Below are positions 1-13,482 of a DNA stretch of 64,000 nucleotides, in pieces. This stretch comes from Nemertoderma westbladi. Lineage: Eukaryota > Animalia > Xenacoelomorpha. How positions within the stretch are numbered: position 1 is the first letter of the stretch; each line of letters begins with the position of its first letter. The notes under the pieces are model-generated. The model ran no database searches. It was given only the letters and a program-made list of their open reading frames with translations, and was not told where the DNA came from. The position numbers and the translations under genes were made by a program. The DNA lies in contig JAUCBJ010008856.1 of NCBI GenBank assembly GCA_032718475.1, positions 1-64,000 of the forward strand, read 5' to 3'.

Positions 1-1605
1 CCTCCCTCTAAAATCTACAAATATTAACGAAAACGTCTGATTTTTGTTTGTACGTAGGTATCACTAGTCTGGATCCGACCGAAAAAAAAATTTTCGAAAA
101 AATGTACTGGAGTGGTAATATTGCAGCACCAAAATTACAAGTAGTGCACAATTTTCACAAAATTTGAAAGTTACATTTTTCGGTTAATTGTTTTTCAATG
201 CAGGTTTTCTGGGGCGCAAAATACATTGCAAAATATTTAAAAATGATATGATTACCTTAAATGGCTGTTTAGTCCTCTCTGCGTAGGAAAAAATTAAAAA
301 AAACAAGAGTAACCAGCACTTTTCAGTTAGAACACAAAATTTTTAATTCACTTATACGATGCTATAAATTCACATTCTCAGGTTTTCTAGGGCGCTGATT
401 CTAATGGAATACATTTCAAATATGCCAGATAATTGCTACTTGTATTTTTCGCGTAATTTGGCACATTTTTGTGCTAGCACCAAATTTCGTACCCATCACC
501 AAAAAGTACAAGATTGCGATCTCCAGTGCTGTTTTTATTGATTCCATCGGATTCAGGACCCTCATAAACCCGTACAACGCAAGAAACAATATGATACTAT
601 CTACTGATCAATTTACTCATTTTCCAAAATTTGGTGCTGGCACAACAATTTTCACCCACAGCCGAAAAATACAAATTTGAAAACTTTTATGAAATTTTTA
701 CTGATTCCATTGAATTCAGAACTTTAACAATCCCGTATACCGCAAGAAACAAGGTGACACAATCAATTGATATATTTCATGGTTTTCAAAATTTGGTGCA
801 AGCACCACATTTTGCACCCACTTCCGAAAAATACAAGTTTGAGATGTCTAGTTCGATAATTATATATTCCATTGAATTCAGAACAGCCATAAACCTCTAA
901 AACGCAAGAAATAAATTATCACAAGCAATTTTATCTATGGATTGTCAAAATTTCGTGCTGGCACCAAAATTTGCACAAGCAAGCAAACAGTCGGCCGAAG
1001 CCGGAGGCGACCCGAAGGCTCCTCTTTCGATAGCTGCTACCCGAGGGTAGGGGTGGGCGCTACTCCTATCCCAAGATTTGCTCCCTGTTATTTAACTGGT
1101 ACTATTTGCACAATGCACCGAAAAATACGCTTGATACGCTTGGTGCAACTCGTATATATTTCATCGAAACCAGAACCCCAAAAAACCCCAATTGCGTAAA
1201 AAACAAGTTTCAAACAATCAATTTACAAAATTGACATATTTCAAAATTTGGTGCTGGCACCAAAATTTTGAAAATTTCTAAATCAATTTATATGAATTCC
1301 ATCCAATTGCGAACACCAAAAAACCGGTGTAAATCTAAAATAGAGATGTTACAATTAATATTTTTAATGAAATGTAATTTTCAAAAAACGTCTCAAAAAA
1401 AGTGCCAAAAGTAGGGTTAAAAAATGGTGCTATAACTCGAAAACTACCCAATATTTTTTAAAACGGTTTTCACTACTAGGAAGACAATAGATTTTTAGGG
1501 AAAGTCGTAAAATTTCAGCTTCCCATCTGCGTTTGTTTCAGAATTATAATAAAAAAAACCACGGGGGGGTCATATTGACCCCCTCCCCCCCCGGGTTTAA
1601 TAGGG
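1..1605. mobile_element. piggyBac-like non-autonomous DNA transposon (MITE), copy 1; left end lies outside the window
   Basis: Colinear with the complete copy at 33919-35472. Ends ...CCGGGTTTAATAGGG followed by TTAA (1606-1609). No transposase ORF. Confidence 0.85.
979..1103 (-). mobile_element. Short retroposed (SINE-like) insertion inside MITE copy 1
   Basis: 125-bp GC-rich segment absent from MITE copy 2. Flanked by the 10-bp direct repeat ATTTGCACAA (969-978, 1104-1113). A GCAA-type simple repeat at the left edge suggests a 3' tail on the minus strand; strand is inferred. Confidence 0.6.
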
Positions 1606-1609
1606 TTAA

Positions 1610-1999
1610 CTGCTTCTCTTTGTCTACCTCGAAATATAAGATGGCCGAAATATAGCCCGAACATACTAAAACCCCCATAAATTTTTCAAAAACAATAATT
1701 TTGTGTTGAAAAATTCACACAAGATAGCCTACATATTTAGGTTCAGTGGGCCAAACTCTTGGACCGAGAACTGCAACCCAGTTTGTACTACAGATCCTTT
1801 TACAAGATATATTTTTCATAAAAATCCTAAAAATTTTTAAAAATTTTGAAAAAAACCGACTTGCACAAAAAGTCCCATATTTTTCGAACAAAATGTAGGT
1901 AGGTATCCATACTCAGTTTTCTTAGTTAAAGATAATTGTGTTAAAGTTTCAGAACAGTAGCTATAAAAATAAAAATATAGATTTGGGCTGATACCCCCC
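1610..1999. mobile_element. Possible right end of a second TTAA DNA transposon (Kolobok-like terminus) hosting MITE copy 1
   Basis: Ends GGGCTGATACCCCCC followed by TTAA (2000-2003), a YY terminus plus TTAA as in Kolobok elements. The other end is not in the window. Confidence 0.35.
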
Positions 2000-2211
2000 T
2001 TAACATTGTTAATTATGGTAGCTAGCTATATGATGTTTTCATGTAGTTTGTGAATTATTTACTAGCTAGTAATAGTATGTGGCCTATTTTAGAATGTTTA
2101 AAACTGTTGCGTATGTACGTACAGTATGTGTTGTTGGTTGGTTGACAAGCCTATATTATTATCCTATACAATAGCTGGATCTCACTTTTTTTGAAATTTG
2201 GGCTTAGATAC

Positions 2212-2496
2212 TGTGACGGGATCGGAGATCCCGACCGGGTTAGAAATGTACTCGTCACCGTTCGGCTGGGCGATCGTGCTAGTTGCTTTGGCCGAAGGCC
2301 GTTGGGGAAAACAATAAGAGTTTCTGTTGTCTCTCAATATTGATTAACATGATGATTGACGATAATAGCACGTCGGTACTGATGAACGAATATAGCAGAA
2401 AATACAGATTAATTGATTGAGTATAGCGGTGACGGTCATTAACTATGACCGGTCTGCACTAACTGAACTGAATAACACAACTGACCGGTAAATCAG
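2212..2496. mobile_element. Possible LTR fragment, interrupted by the HINE nest
   Basis: Abrupt GC-richer segment starting TGTGACGGG. No partner copy in the window. 4505-4542 may be its continuation. Confidence 0.3.
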
Positions 2497-3241
2497 TCCA
2501 CGAAGCTAAGGAAAATCAACTACTTTCGCTAAGAAAGATTTTCCTTAGCTGAGATGGTCTATTCATAGTGGGCTATTTTACTTGTATGGAGCAGATTAGT
2601 TTTTTTTTGACTCCAGAAAAAACTAGCCTTTAAAAGTACCCTGAAATTTTGCATGTATATACTACTAGTCGAGGCGCATCTTTTGGGCTGGGTCTCATAT
2701 CCAGGAAAAATCTGGTTTCCATGGCAACGGACTTAGAAAAAAGTCTATGTATTTCAAGTCAATATTTATAACTCTATTTGTAGGAAAACTATAATACATA
2801 TATACTTGGGGTTTCTCAACTCAACTATAAGGTCCATAGCAGAGCCGACTGAGGTTCAATAGAAAATCCAGTTGCCTTGGCAACTGGGCTAGACAGATGT
2901 TAAAATTTACAAAATGTTAATTTGAAGCCTAAGGAGAAGGTGTTATGTCATGGGACCAACCCCTACCCCCACTATATGAGTTATTCTGCGTCCGAATTTC
3001 ATTGTTTAATTTTGCAGTTACCATGACAACCGCTGAAAACAGATGTTTTTATACGAAAATAACTCATTTGGACATAGACTTCGCGATAAAATTTTACGAA
3101 ACTGGATATGTGTTATCTGGACCACTAGTTCGAACTTTTAGTGAAACTCAAAACATCTAGTTACCATGGTAACTGTAGTTTATTAAAGTCTATATTATTC
3201 AAGTCTATATTCATAACTCTATTCGGAGCAAAACTGTAATA

Positions 3242-4504
3242 TCCACGAAGCTAAGGAAAATCAACTACTTTCGCTAAGAAAGATTTTCCTTAGCTGAGAT
3301 GGTCTATTCATAGTGGGCTATTTTACTTGTGTGAGGCAGATTTGGGGTTTTTTGATAGGCGAAAAAACTAGCCTTTAAAAGTACCCTGAAATTTTGCATG
3401 TATATACTACTCGGCGAGGCGCATCTTTTGGGCCGGGTCTCATATCCAGGAAAAATCTGGTTTCCATGGCAACGGACTTCAAAAAAAGTCTATGTATTTC
3501 AAGTCAATATTTATAACTCTATTTGTAGGAAAACTATAATAGATTTAAACTTGGGGTTTTGCAACACAACTATAAGGTCCATAGCAGATCCGATTGAGGC
3601 TAAATAGAAAATCCAGTTACGTTGGCAACCGGGATAAACAGATGTTAAAATTTATAAAATGATAATTTGAGGCCTAAGGGCAAGGTGTTATGACTTGAGA
3701 CCAACCCCTACCCCCACTATATAACTTATTCTGCATCCGAATTACATTGTTCTATTTTTCAGTTACCATGACAACAGCCGAAAACAGATGTTTTTATACA
3801 AAAATTATTCATTTGGACATAGACTTCGCGATAAAATTTTACAAAACTGGGTATGTGTTATCTGCACCACTAGTTGGAACTTTTAGTGAAACTTAAATCA
3901 TTCCAGAAATTTAGTTACCATGGTAACTGTAGTTTATTAAACTCTATATCATTCAAGTCTATATTGATAACTCTATTTCTAGCAAAACTGTAATATATAT
4001 AAACTTGGGGTTTTGTAACTCATCTATAAGGTCCATATACAAGCCGTTCGAAGTTAATTAGAAAATCCATTTACCATAGCAACAAGAGTAAACAGATGTT
4101 AAAATTAATAAAATGATAATTTGAAGCACAATTTAATAGTATTATGACTTGGGACCAACACCTACCCCCACTATATGACTTATTCTGCATCCGAATTACA
4201 TTGTTCTATTTTTCAGTTTCCATGACAACCACTGCAAACAGATGCATTTTGATAGAAAATCTGTAATTTGGACATAAACTACAATATTTTCTGAAACTCG
4301 ATGTGTTATCTGAAAAACAATCTGGACTGAATCTTTTTTCAAAGGTAAAACCAACAGTTCCAGAGAACTCTAGTTTCCATGGGAATAGAAGTTATTTATT
4401 GGCAAATGCTACTAAACTAGGCTAAGCAACGAACCAAATTGTGGCCGTTTGTTTAATTTTCCTTAGCTTCGTGGTTGCATTTCCTTTAGGAAATGCCTTT
4501 CTAG
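3242..4504 (+). mobile_element. Complete HINE-like copy
   Basis: Both termini present (TCCACG...CTAG). Confidence 0.8.
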
Positions 4505-6060
4505 TTATTAATTTTAGCGATTGGATATTAAATGACTGGACATCCACGAAGTCCACGAAGCTAAGGAAAATCAACTACTTTCGCTAAGAAAGATTTTCCT
4601 TAGCTGAGATGGTCTATTCATAGTGGGCTATTTTACTTGTATGAGGCAGATTTGGGGTTTTTTGACCGGTGAAAAAACTAGCCTTTAAAAGTACCCTGAA
4701 ATTTTGCATGTATATACTACTCGTCGAGGCGCATCTTTTGGGCTGGGTCTCATATCCAGGAAAAATCTGGTTTTCATGGCAACGGACTTAGAAAAAAGTC
4801 TATGTATTTCAAGTCAATATTTAAAACTCTATTTGTAGGAAAACTATAATAGATATAAACTTGGGGTTTCTCAACACAACTATAAGGTCCATAGCAGAGC
4901 CGATTGAGGTTAAATAGAAAATCCAGTTACCTTGGCAACCGGGATAAACAGATGTTAAAATTTATAAAATGTTAATTTGAAGCCTAAGGTTAAGGTGTTA
5001 TGACTTGGGACCAACCCCTACCCCCACTATATAACTTTTTCTGCGTCCAAATTTCATTGTTCTATTTTGCAGTTTCCATGACAACCGCTGAAAACAGATG
5101 TTTTTATACAAAAATTACTCATTTGGACGTATACTTCGCGATAAAATTTTACGAAACTGGTTATGTGTTAACTAGACCACTAGTTGGAACTTTTAGTGAA
5201 ACTCAAAACATTCCAGAAATATCTAGTTACCGTGGTAACTGGAGTTTATTACAGATTATATAATTCAAGTCTATATTCATAACTCTATTTATAGAATAAC
5301 CGCAATAGATATAAACTTGGGGTTTCTCAACTCAATGATAAGGACAATAGTGGAGCTCATTGAGGATAATTAAAAAATCCAGTTACCAGGGCAACCATGC
5401 TAAACAGATGTTCAAATTTATAAAATGGTTATTTGAAGCATAACTTTAAGGTATTACGACTTGGGACCAATCCCTACCCCCACTATATCACTAATTCCGC
5501 ATCCAATTTAAATTGTTCCATTTTTCAGTTTCCATGACAACCACTACAAACAGACGTTTTAACAATTAAATCCTTAGTTTTGCACATTAACTACTCAATG
5601 AAACTGAATTGAAGTATGTGTCACCTGGAACCACAAACCGGATCTTAATGTAAACCTCAGCAGTTCTAGAAAACTCCGGTTGCCATGGTCACGAGTAAGG
5701 AAATCCTCTTTCGTAAAGATTTTCAGCTGAATGGTCACATAGTGGCTATTTTACTCTGTAGCAATTTGGTTTTTTTTGATGGAAATGCCTTTCAAAGTAC
5801 TGAAATTTTGCATGTATATACTACTCGGCTAGTCTTTTCAGGGTCTCATTCCAGGAATCTGTTTCCATGGCAACGGCTTAGAAGTCTATGTATTTCAGTC
5901 AATATTTATAACTCTATTGTGACAACTATTAGATATAAACTGGGTCTCAACTCAACTATAGTCCTAGCAGAGCTGTTGACGTTATGAAATCAGTTACCTT
6001 GCCCGGGCTACAGTGTTACTTTAAAATGTATTTGGCTAAGTTAGGTTATGTTGGCCATCA

Positions 6061-7330
6061 TCCACGAAGCTAAGGAAAATCAACTACTTTCGCTAAGAAA
6101 GATTTTCCTTAGCTGAGATGGTCTATTCATAGTGGGCTATTTTACTTGTATGGAGGCAGATTTAGTGTTTTTTGACCGGTGAAAAAACTAGCCTTTAAAA
6201 GTACCCTGAAATTTTGCATGTATATACTACTCATCAAGGCGCGTCGTGTGGGATGGGTCTCATATCCAGGAAAAATCTGGTTTCCATGGCAACGGACTTA
6301 GAAAAAAGTCTATGTATTTCAAGTCAATATTTATAACTCTATTTGTAGGAAAACTATAATAGATATAAACTTGGGGTTTCTCAACTCAACTATAAGGTCC
6401 ATAGCAGAGCCGATTGAGGTTAAATAGAAAATCCAGTTACCTTGGCAACCGGGCTAAACAGATGTTAAAATTTATAAAATGTTAATTTGAAGCCTAAGGT
6501 TAAGGTGTTATGACTTGGGACCAACCCCTACCCCCACTATATAACTTATTCTGCGTCCGAATTTCATTGTTTAATTTTGCAGTTACCATGACAACCGCTG
6601 AAAACAGATGTTTTTATACAAAAATAACTCATTTGGACATAGACTTCGCGATAAAATTTTACGAAACTGGGAATGTGTTATCTGGACCACTAGTTGGAAC
6701 TTTTAGTGAAACTGAAAACATTCCAGAAATATCTTGTTACCATGGTAACTGGAGTTTATTAAAGTCTATATCATTCAAGTCTAAATTCAATACTCTATTT
6801 GTAGCAAAATAATGTAATAAATATAAATTTGGGGTTTTGCAACTCATCTGTAAGGTCCATATACAATCCATTCGAGGTTAATTACACAATCCAATTACCA
6901 TAGCAACAAGACTAAACAGATGTTAAAATTTATAAAATGATAATTTGAAGCACAAGTTAATACTATTAAAACTTGGGACCAACACCTACCCCCACTATAT
7001 GACTTATTCTGCATCCGAATTACATTGTTCTATTTTTCAGTTTCCATGACAACCACTGCAAACAGATGCATTTTGATAGCAAATCGGTAATTTGGACATA
7101 AACTACAATATTTTCTGAAACTTGGAATGTGTTATCTGAACCACAATCTGGACTGAATCTTTTTTCAAAGGTAAAACCAACAGTTCCATAGAACTCTAGT
7201 TTCCATGGGAATATAAGTTATTTATTGGCAAATGCTACTAAACTCGGCTAAGCAACAAACCAAATTGTGGCCCTTTGTTTAATTTTCCTTAGCTTCGTGG
7301 TTGCATTTCCTTTAGGGAATGCCTTTCTTG
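6061..7330 (+). mobile_element. Complete HINE-like copy
   Basis: Both termini present (TCCACG...CTTG). Confidence 0.8.
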
Positions 7331-7380
7331 TTACATTTTCGGCTAATTATTTTTCAATACAGGTTTTTTGGGGTGCAAAA

Positions 7381-8649
7381 TCCACGAAGCTAAGGAAAAT
7401 CAACTACTTTCGCTAAGAAAGATTTTCCTTAGCTGAGATGGTGTATTCATAGTGGGCTATTTTACTTGTATGGGGCAGATTTGGGGTTTTTTGACCGGTG
7501 AAAAAACTAGCCTTTAAAAGTACCCTGAAATTTTACATGTATATACTACTCGTCGAGGCGCATCTTTTGGGCTGGGTCTCATATCCAGGAAAAATCTGGT
7601 TTCCATGGCAACGGACTTAGAAAAAAGTCTATGTATTTCAAGTCAATATTTATAACTCTATTTCTAGGAAAACTATAATAGATATAAACTTGTGGTTTCT
7701 CAACTCAACTATAAGGTATATATATAGCTGAGCCGATTGATGTTAAATAGAAAATCCAGTTACCTTGGCAACCGGGCTAAACAGATGTTAACATTTATAA
7801 AATGATAATTTGAAGCCTAAGGTTAAGGTGTTATGACCTGGGACCAACCCCTACCCCCACTATATAACTTATTCTGTGTCCGAATTTCATTGCTTTATTT
7901 TGCAGTTACCATGACAACCGCTGAAAACAGATGTTTTTATGCAAAAATTACTCATTTGGACATAGATTTCATGATAAAATTTTATGAAACTGGGTATGTG
8001 TTACTGGACCACTAGTTGGAACTTTTAGTGAAACTCAAAACATTCCAGAAATATCTAGTTACCATGGTAACTGGGGTTTATTAAAGTATATATCATTCAA
8101 GTCTAAATTCAATACACTATTTGTAGCAAAATGAAGTAATATATATAAATTTGGGGTTTTGCAACTCATCTATAAGGTCCATATACAAGCCGTTCGAGGT
8201 TAATTACACAATCCAGTTACCATAGCAACAAGACTAAACAGATGTTAAAATTTATAAAATGATAATTTGAAGCACAATTTAATAGTATTATGACTTGGGA
8301 CCAAGACCTACTACCCCCACTATATGACTTATTCTGCATCCGAATTACATTGATCTATTTTTCAGTGTCCATGACAACCACTGCAAACAGATGCATTTTG
8401 ATAGAAAATCGGTAATTTGGACATAAACTACAATATTTTCTGAAACTTGGTATGTGTTATCTGAACCACAATCTGGACTGAATCTTTTTTCAAAGGTAAA
8501 ACCAACAGTTCCAGAGAACTCTAGTTTCCATGGGAATATAAGTTATTTATTGGCAAATGAACTAGGCTAAGCAACAAACCAAATTGTGGCCCTTTGTTTA
8601 ATTTTCCTTAGCTTCGTGGTTGCATTTCCTTTAGGAAATGCCTTTCTAG
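7381..8649 (+). mobile_element. Complete HINE-like copy
   Basis: Both termini present. Confidence 0.8.
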
Positions 8650-8823
8650 TAATATGAGTTTTAAAGGCATATGCCTCTTAACTCTGTAAAGCAATGAAGT
8701 GATGAGTCAAAGAGTGTTTAATTTTCCTTAGCTTCGTGGTTGCATTTCCTTTAGGAAATGCCTTTCTTGTAAACTTGGGGTTTTGCAACTCATCTATAAG
8801 GTCCATATACAAACCGTTCGAGG

Positions 8824-10091
8824 TCCACGAAGCTAAGGAAAATCAACTACTTTCGCTAAGAAAGATTTTCCTTAGCTGAGATGGTCTATTCATAGTGGGC
8901 TATTTTACTTGTATGGAGCAGATTTGGTTTTTTTTGGTCGGGGAAAAAACTAGCCTTTAAAAGTACCCTGAAATTTTCCATGTATATACTACTCGACGAG
9001 GCGCATCTTTTGGGCCGGGTCTCATATCCAGGAAAAATCTGGTTTCCATGGCAACGGACTTCAAAAAAAGTCTATGTATTTCAAGTCAATATTTATAACT
9101 CTATTTGTAGGAAAACTATAATAGATATAAACTTGGGGTTTCGCAACACAACTATAAGGTCAATAGCAGATCCGATTGAGGCTAAATAGAAAATCCAGTT
9201 ACCTTGGCAACCGGGCTAAACAGATGTTAAAATTTACAAAATGATAATTTGAAGCCTAAGGGCAAGTTGTTATGACTTGGGACCAACCCCTACCCCCACT
9301 ATATAACTTATTCTGCATCCGAATTACATTGTTATATTTTTCAGTTACCATGACAACCGCAGAAAACAGATGTTTTTATACAAAAATTATTCATTTGGAC
9401 ATAGAATTCGCGATAAAATTTTACAAAACTGGGTATGTGTTATCTGGACCACTAGTTGGAACTTTTAGTGAAACTCAAATCATTCCAGAAATATCTTGTT
9501 ACCATGGTAACTGGAGTTTATTAAAGTCTATATCATTCAAGTCTAAATTCAATACACTATTTGTAGCAAAACTGTAATATATATAAACTTGGGGTTTTGC
9601 AACTAATATATAAGGTCCATATCCAAGCCGTTCGAGGTTAATTAGAAAATCCAGTTACCATAGCAACAAGACTAAACAAATGTTAAAATTTATAAAATGA
9701 TTATTTGAAGCACAAGTTAATAGTATTATGACTTGGGACCAAGACCTACCCCCATTATATGACTTATTCTGCATCCGAATTACATTGTTCTATTTTTCAG
9801 TTTCCATGACAACCACTGCAAACAGATGCATTTTGATAGAAAATCGGTAATTTGGACATAAACTACAATATTTTCTGAAACTTGGTATGTGTTATCTGAA
9901 CCACAATCTGGACTGAATCTTTTTTCAAAGGTAAAACCAACAGTTCCAGAGAATTCTAGTTTCCATAGGAATATAAGTTATTTATTGGCAAATGCTAGTA
10001 AACTAGGCTAAGCAACAAACCATAATTGTGGCCCTTTGTTTAATTTTCCTTAGCTTCGTGGTTGCATTTCCTTCAGGAAATGCCTTTCTAG
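8824..10091 (+). mobile_element. Complete HINE-like copy inserted in another HINE
   Basis: Flanks CCGTTCGAGG | TTAATTTGAAAATCC rejoin into the HINE internal repeat. Confidence 0.85.
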
Positions 10092-10114
10092 TTAATTTGA
10101 AAATCCAGCTACCA

Positions 10115-11341
10115 TCCACGAAGCTAAGGAAAATCAACTACTTTCGCTAAGAAAGATTTTCCTTAGCTGAGATGGTCTATTCATAGTGGGCTATTTTACT
10201 TGTGTGGGGCAGATTTGTTTTTTTTTGGTCGGGGAAAAAACTAGCCTTTAAAAGTACCCTGAAATTTTGCATGTATATACTACTCATCAAGGCGCGTCGT
10301 GTGGGATGGGTCTCATATTCAGGAAAAATCTGCAAGTCAATATTTGTAACTCTATTTGTAGGAAAACTATAATACATATAAACTTGGGGTTTCTCAACAC
10401 AACTATAAGGTCCATAGCAGAGCCGATTGAGGTTAAATAGAAAATCCAGTTACCTTGGCAACCGGGCTAAACAGATGTTAAAATTTTTAAAATGTTAATT
10501 TGAAGCCTAAGGTTAAGGTGTGATGACTTGGGACCAATCCCTACCCCCACTATATAACTTATTCTGCGTCCGAATTTGATTGTTCTATTTTGCAGTTACC
10601 TTGACAACCGCTGAAAACAGATGTTTTTATACGAAAATTATTCATTTGTACATAGACTTCACGATAAAATTTTACGAAACTAGGTATGTGTTATCTGGAC
10701 CACTAGTTGGAACTTTTAGTGAAACTCAAAACATTCCAGAAATATCTAGTTACCATGGTAACTGTAGTTTTTTTAAAGTTATATATCATTCAAGTCTATA
10801 ATCATAACTCTATTTGGAGAAAAACTGTAATATATATAAACTTGGGGTTTTGCAACTCATCTATAAGGTCCATATACAAGCCGTTCGAAGTTAATTAGAA
10901 AATCCATTTACCATAGCAACAAGAGTAAACAGATGTTAAAATTAATAAAATGATAATTTGAAGCACAATTTAATAGTATTATGACTTGGGACCAACACCT
11001 ACCCCCACTATATGACTTATTCTGCATCCGAATTACATTGTTCTATTTTTCAGTTTCCATGACAACCACTGCAAACAGATGCATTTTGATAGAAAATCTG
11101 TAATTTGGACATAAACTACAATATTTTCTGAAACTCGATGTGTTATCTGAAAAACAATCTGGACTGAATCTTTTTTCAAAGGTAAAACCAACAGTTCCAG
11201 AGAACTCTAGTTTCCATGGGAATAGAAGTTATTTATTGGCAAATGCTACTAAACTAGGCTAAGCAACGAACCAAATTGTGGCCGTTTGTTTAATTTTCCT
11301 TAGCTTCGTGGTTGCATTTCCTTTAGGAAATGCCTTTCTAG
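10115..11341 (+). mobile_element. Complete HINE-like copy (small internal deletion near 10332)
   Basis: Both termini present; nearly identical to 18247-19513. Confidence 0.8.
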
Positions 11342-11737
11342 TAGGGTAAACCATTACTACTGTGGGCTATTTTACTTGTATGGAGCAGATTTGGTTTTTT
11401 TTGATTCCGGAAAAAACTAGCCTTTAAAAGTACCCTGAAATTTTGCATGTATATACTACTCGACGAGGCGCATCTTTTGGGCCGGGTCTCATATCCAGGA
11501 AAAATCTGGTTTCCATGGCAACGGACTTCAAAAAAAGTCTATGTATTTCAAGTCAATATTTTTAACTCTATTTGTAGGAAAACTATAATAGATATAAACT
11601 TGGGGTTTCGCAACACAACTATAAGGTCCATAGCAGATCCGATTGTGGCTAAATAGAAAATCCAGTTACCTTGGCAACCGGGATAAACAGATGTTAAAAT
11701 TTATAAAATGTTAATTTGAGGCCTAAGGGCAAGGTGT

Positions 11738-13451
11738 TCCACGAAGCTAAGGAAAATCAACTACTTTCGCTAAGAAAGATTTTCCTTAGCTGAGATAGTC
11801 TATTCATAGTGGGCTATTTTACTTGTATGGAGCAGATTTAGTGTTTTTTGATAGGTGAAAAAACTAGCCTTTAAAAGTACCCTGAAAATTTGCATGTATG
11901 TACTACTCGTCGAGGCGCATCGTGTGGGCCGGGTCTCATATCCAGGAAAAATCTGGTTTCCATGGCAATGGACTTAAAAAAAAGTCTATGTATTTCAAGT
12001 CAATATTTATAACTCTATTTGTAGGAAAACTATAATAGATATACACTTGGGGTTTCTCATCTCAACTATATGGTCCATTGCTGAGCTGATTGAGGTTAAA
12101 TAGAAAATCAAGTTACCTGGGCAACCAGGCTAAACAGATGTTAAAATTTATAAAATGTTAATTTGAAGCCCAAGGTTAAGGTGTTATGACTTGGGACCAA
12201 CCCCTACCCCCACTATATAACTTATTCTGCGTCCGAATTTGATTGTTCTATTTCGCAGTTACCATGACAACCGCTGAAAACAGATGTTTTTATACAAAAA
12301 TTATTCATTTGGACATAGACTTCGCGTTAAAATATTACGAAACTGGGTATGTGCTATCTGGACCACTAGTTGGAACTTTTAGTGAAACTCAAAACATTCC
12401 AGAAATATCTAGTTACCGTGGTAACTGGGGTTTATTACAGATTATATCATTCAAGTCTATATTCATAACTCTATTTGTAGAATAATCGCAATAGATATAA
12501 ACTTGGGGTTTCTCAACTCAACTATAAGGTCCATAGCAGAGCCGATTGAAGTTAAATAGAAAATCCAGTTACCTTGGCAACCGGGTTAACAGATGTTAAA
12601 ATTTATAAAATGTTAATTTGAAGCCTAAGGTTAAGGTGTTATGACTTGGGACCAACCCCTACCCCCACTATATAACTTATTCTGCGTCCGAATTTGATTG
12701 TTCTATTTTGCAGTTATCATGACAACCGCTGAAAACAGATGTTTTTATAGAAAAATTACTCATTTGGATATAGACATCGCGATAAAATTTTACGAAACTG
12801 GGCATGTGTTATCTGGACCACTAGTTGAAACTTATAGTGAAACTAAAAAAACATTCCAGAAATATCTAGTTACCGTGGTAACCGGAGTTTATTACAGATT
12901 ATATCATTCAAGTCTATATTCATAACTCTATTTATAGAATAACTGCAATAGATATAAACTTGGGGTTTCTCAACTCAATGATAAGGACAATAGTCGAGCT
13001 GATTGAGGTTAATTAGAAAATCCAGTTACCAGGGCAACCATGCTAAACAGATTTTCAAATTTATAAAATGGTTATTTGAAGCATAACTTTAAGGTATTAC
13101 GACTTGGGACCAATCCCTACCCCCACTATATCACTAATTACGCATCCAATTTAAATTGTCGCATTTTTCAGTTTCCATGACAACCACTACAAACAGACGT
13201 TTTAACAATTAAATCCTTTGTTTTGCACATTAACTACTCAATGAAACTGAATTGAAGTATGTGTCACCTGGAACCACAAACCGGAGCTTAATGTAAACCT
13301 CAGCAGTTCTAGAAAACTCTGGTTGCCATGGTAATATGAGTTTTTAAGGCATATGTCTCTTAACTCGGTAAAGCAATGAAGTGATGAGTCAAAGGGTGTT
13401 TAATTTTCCTTAGCTTCGTGGTTGCATTTCCTTTAGGAAATGCCTTTCTAG
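11738..13451 (+). mobile_element. Complete long HINE-like copy (one extra internal repeat) inserted in another HINE
   Basis: Flanks AAGGTGT | TATGACTTGGG rejoin. Confidence 0.85.
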
Positions 13452-13482
13452 TATGACTTGGGACCAACCCCTACCCACACTA

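Noticed and set aside
471-1199. Short ORFs in the MITE (also 33897-35448) as transposase remnants
   Set aside because: They derive from internal repeats; no DDD motif or Cys-rich domain.
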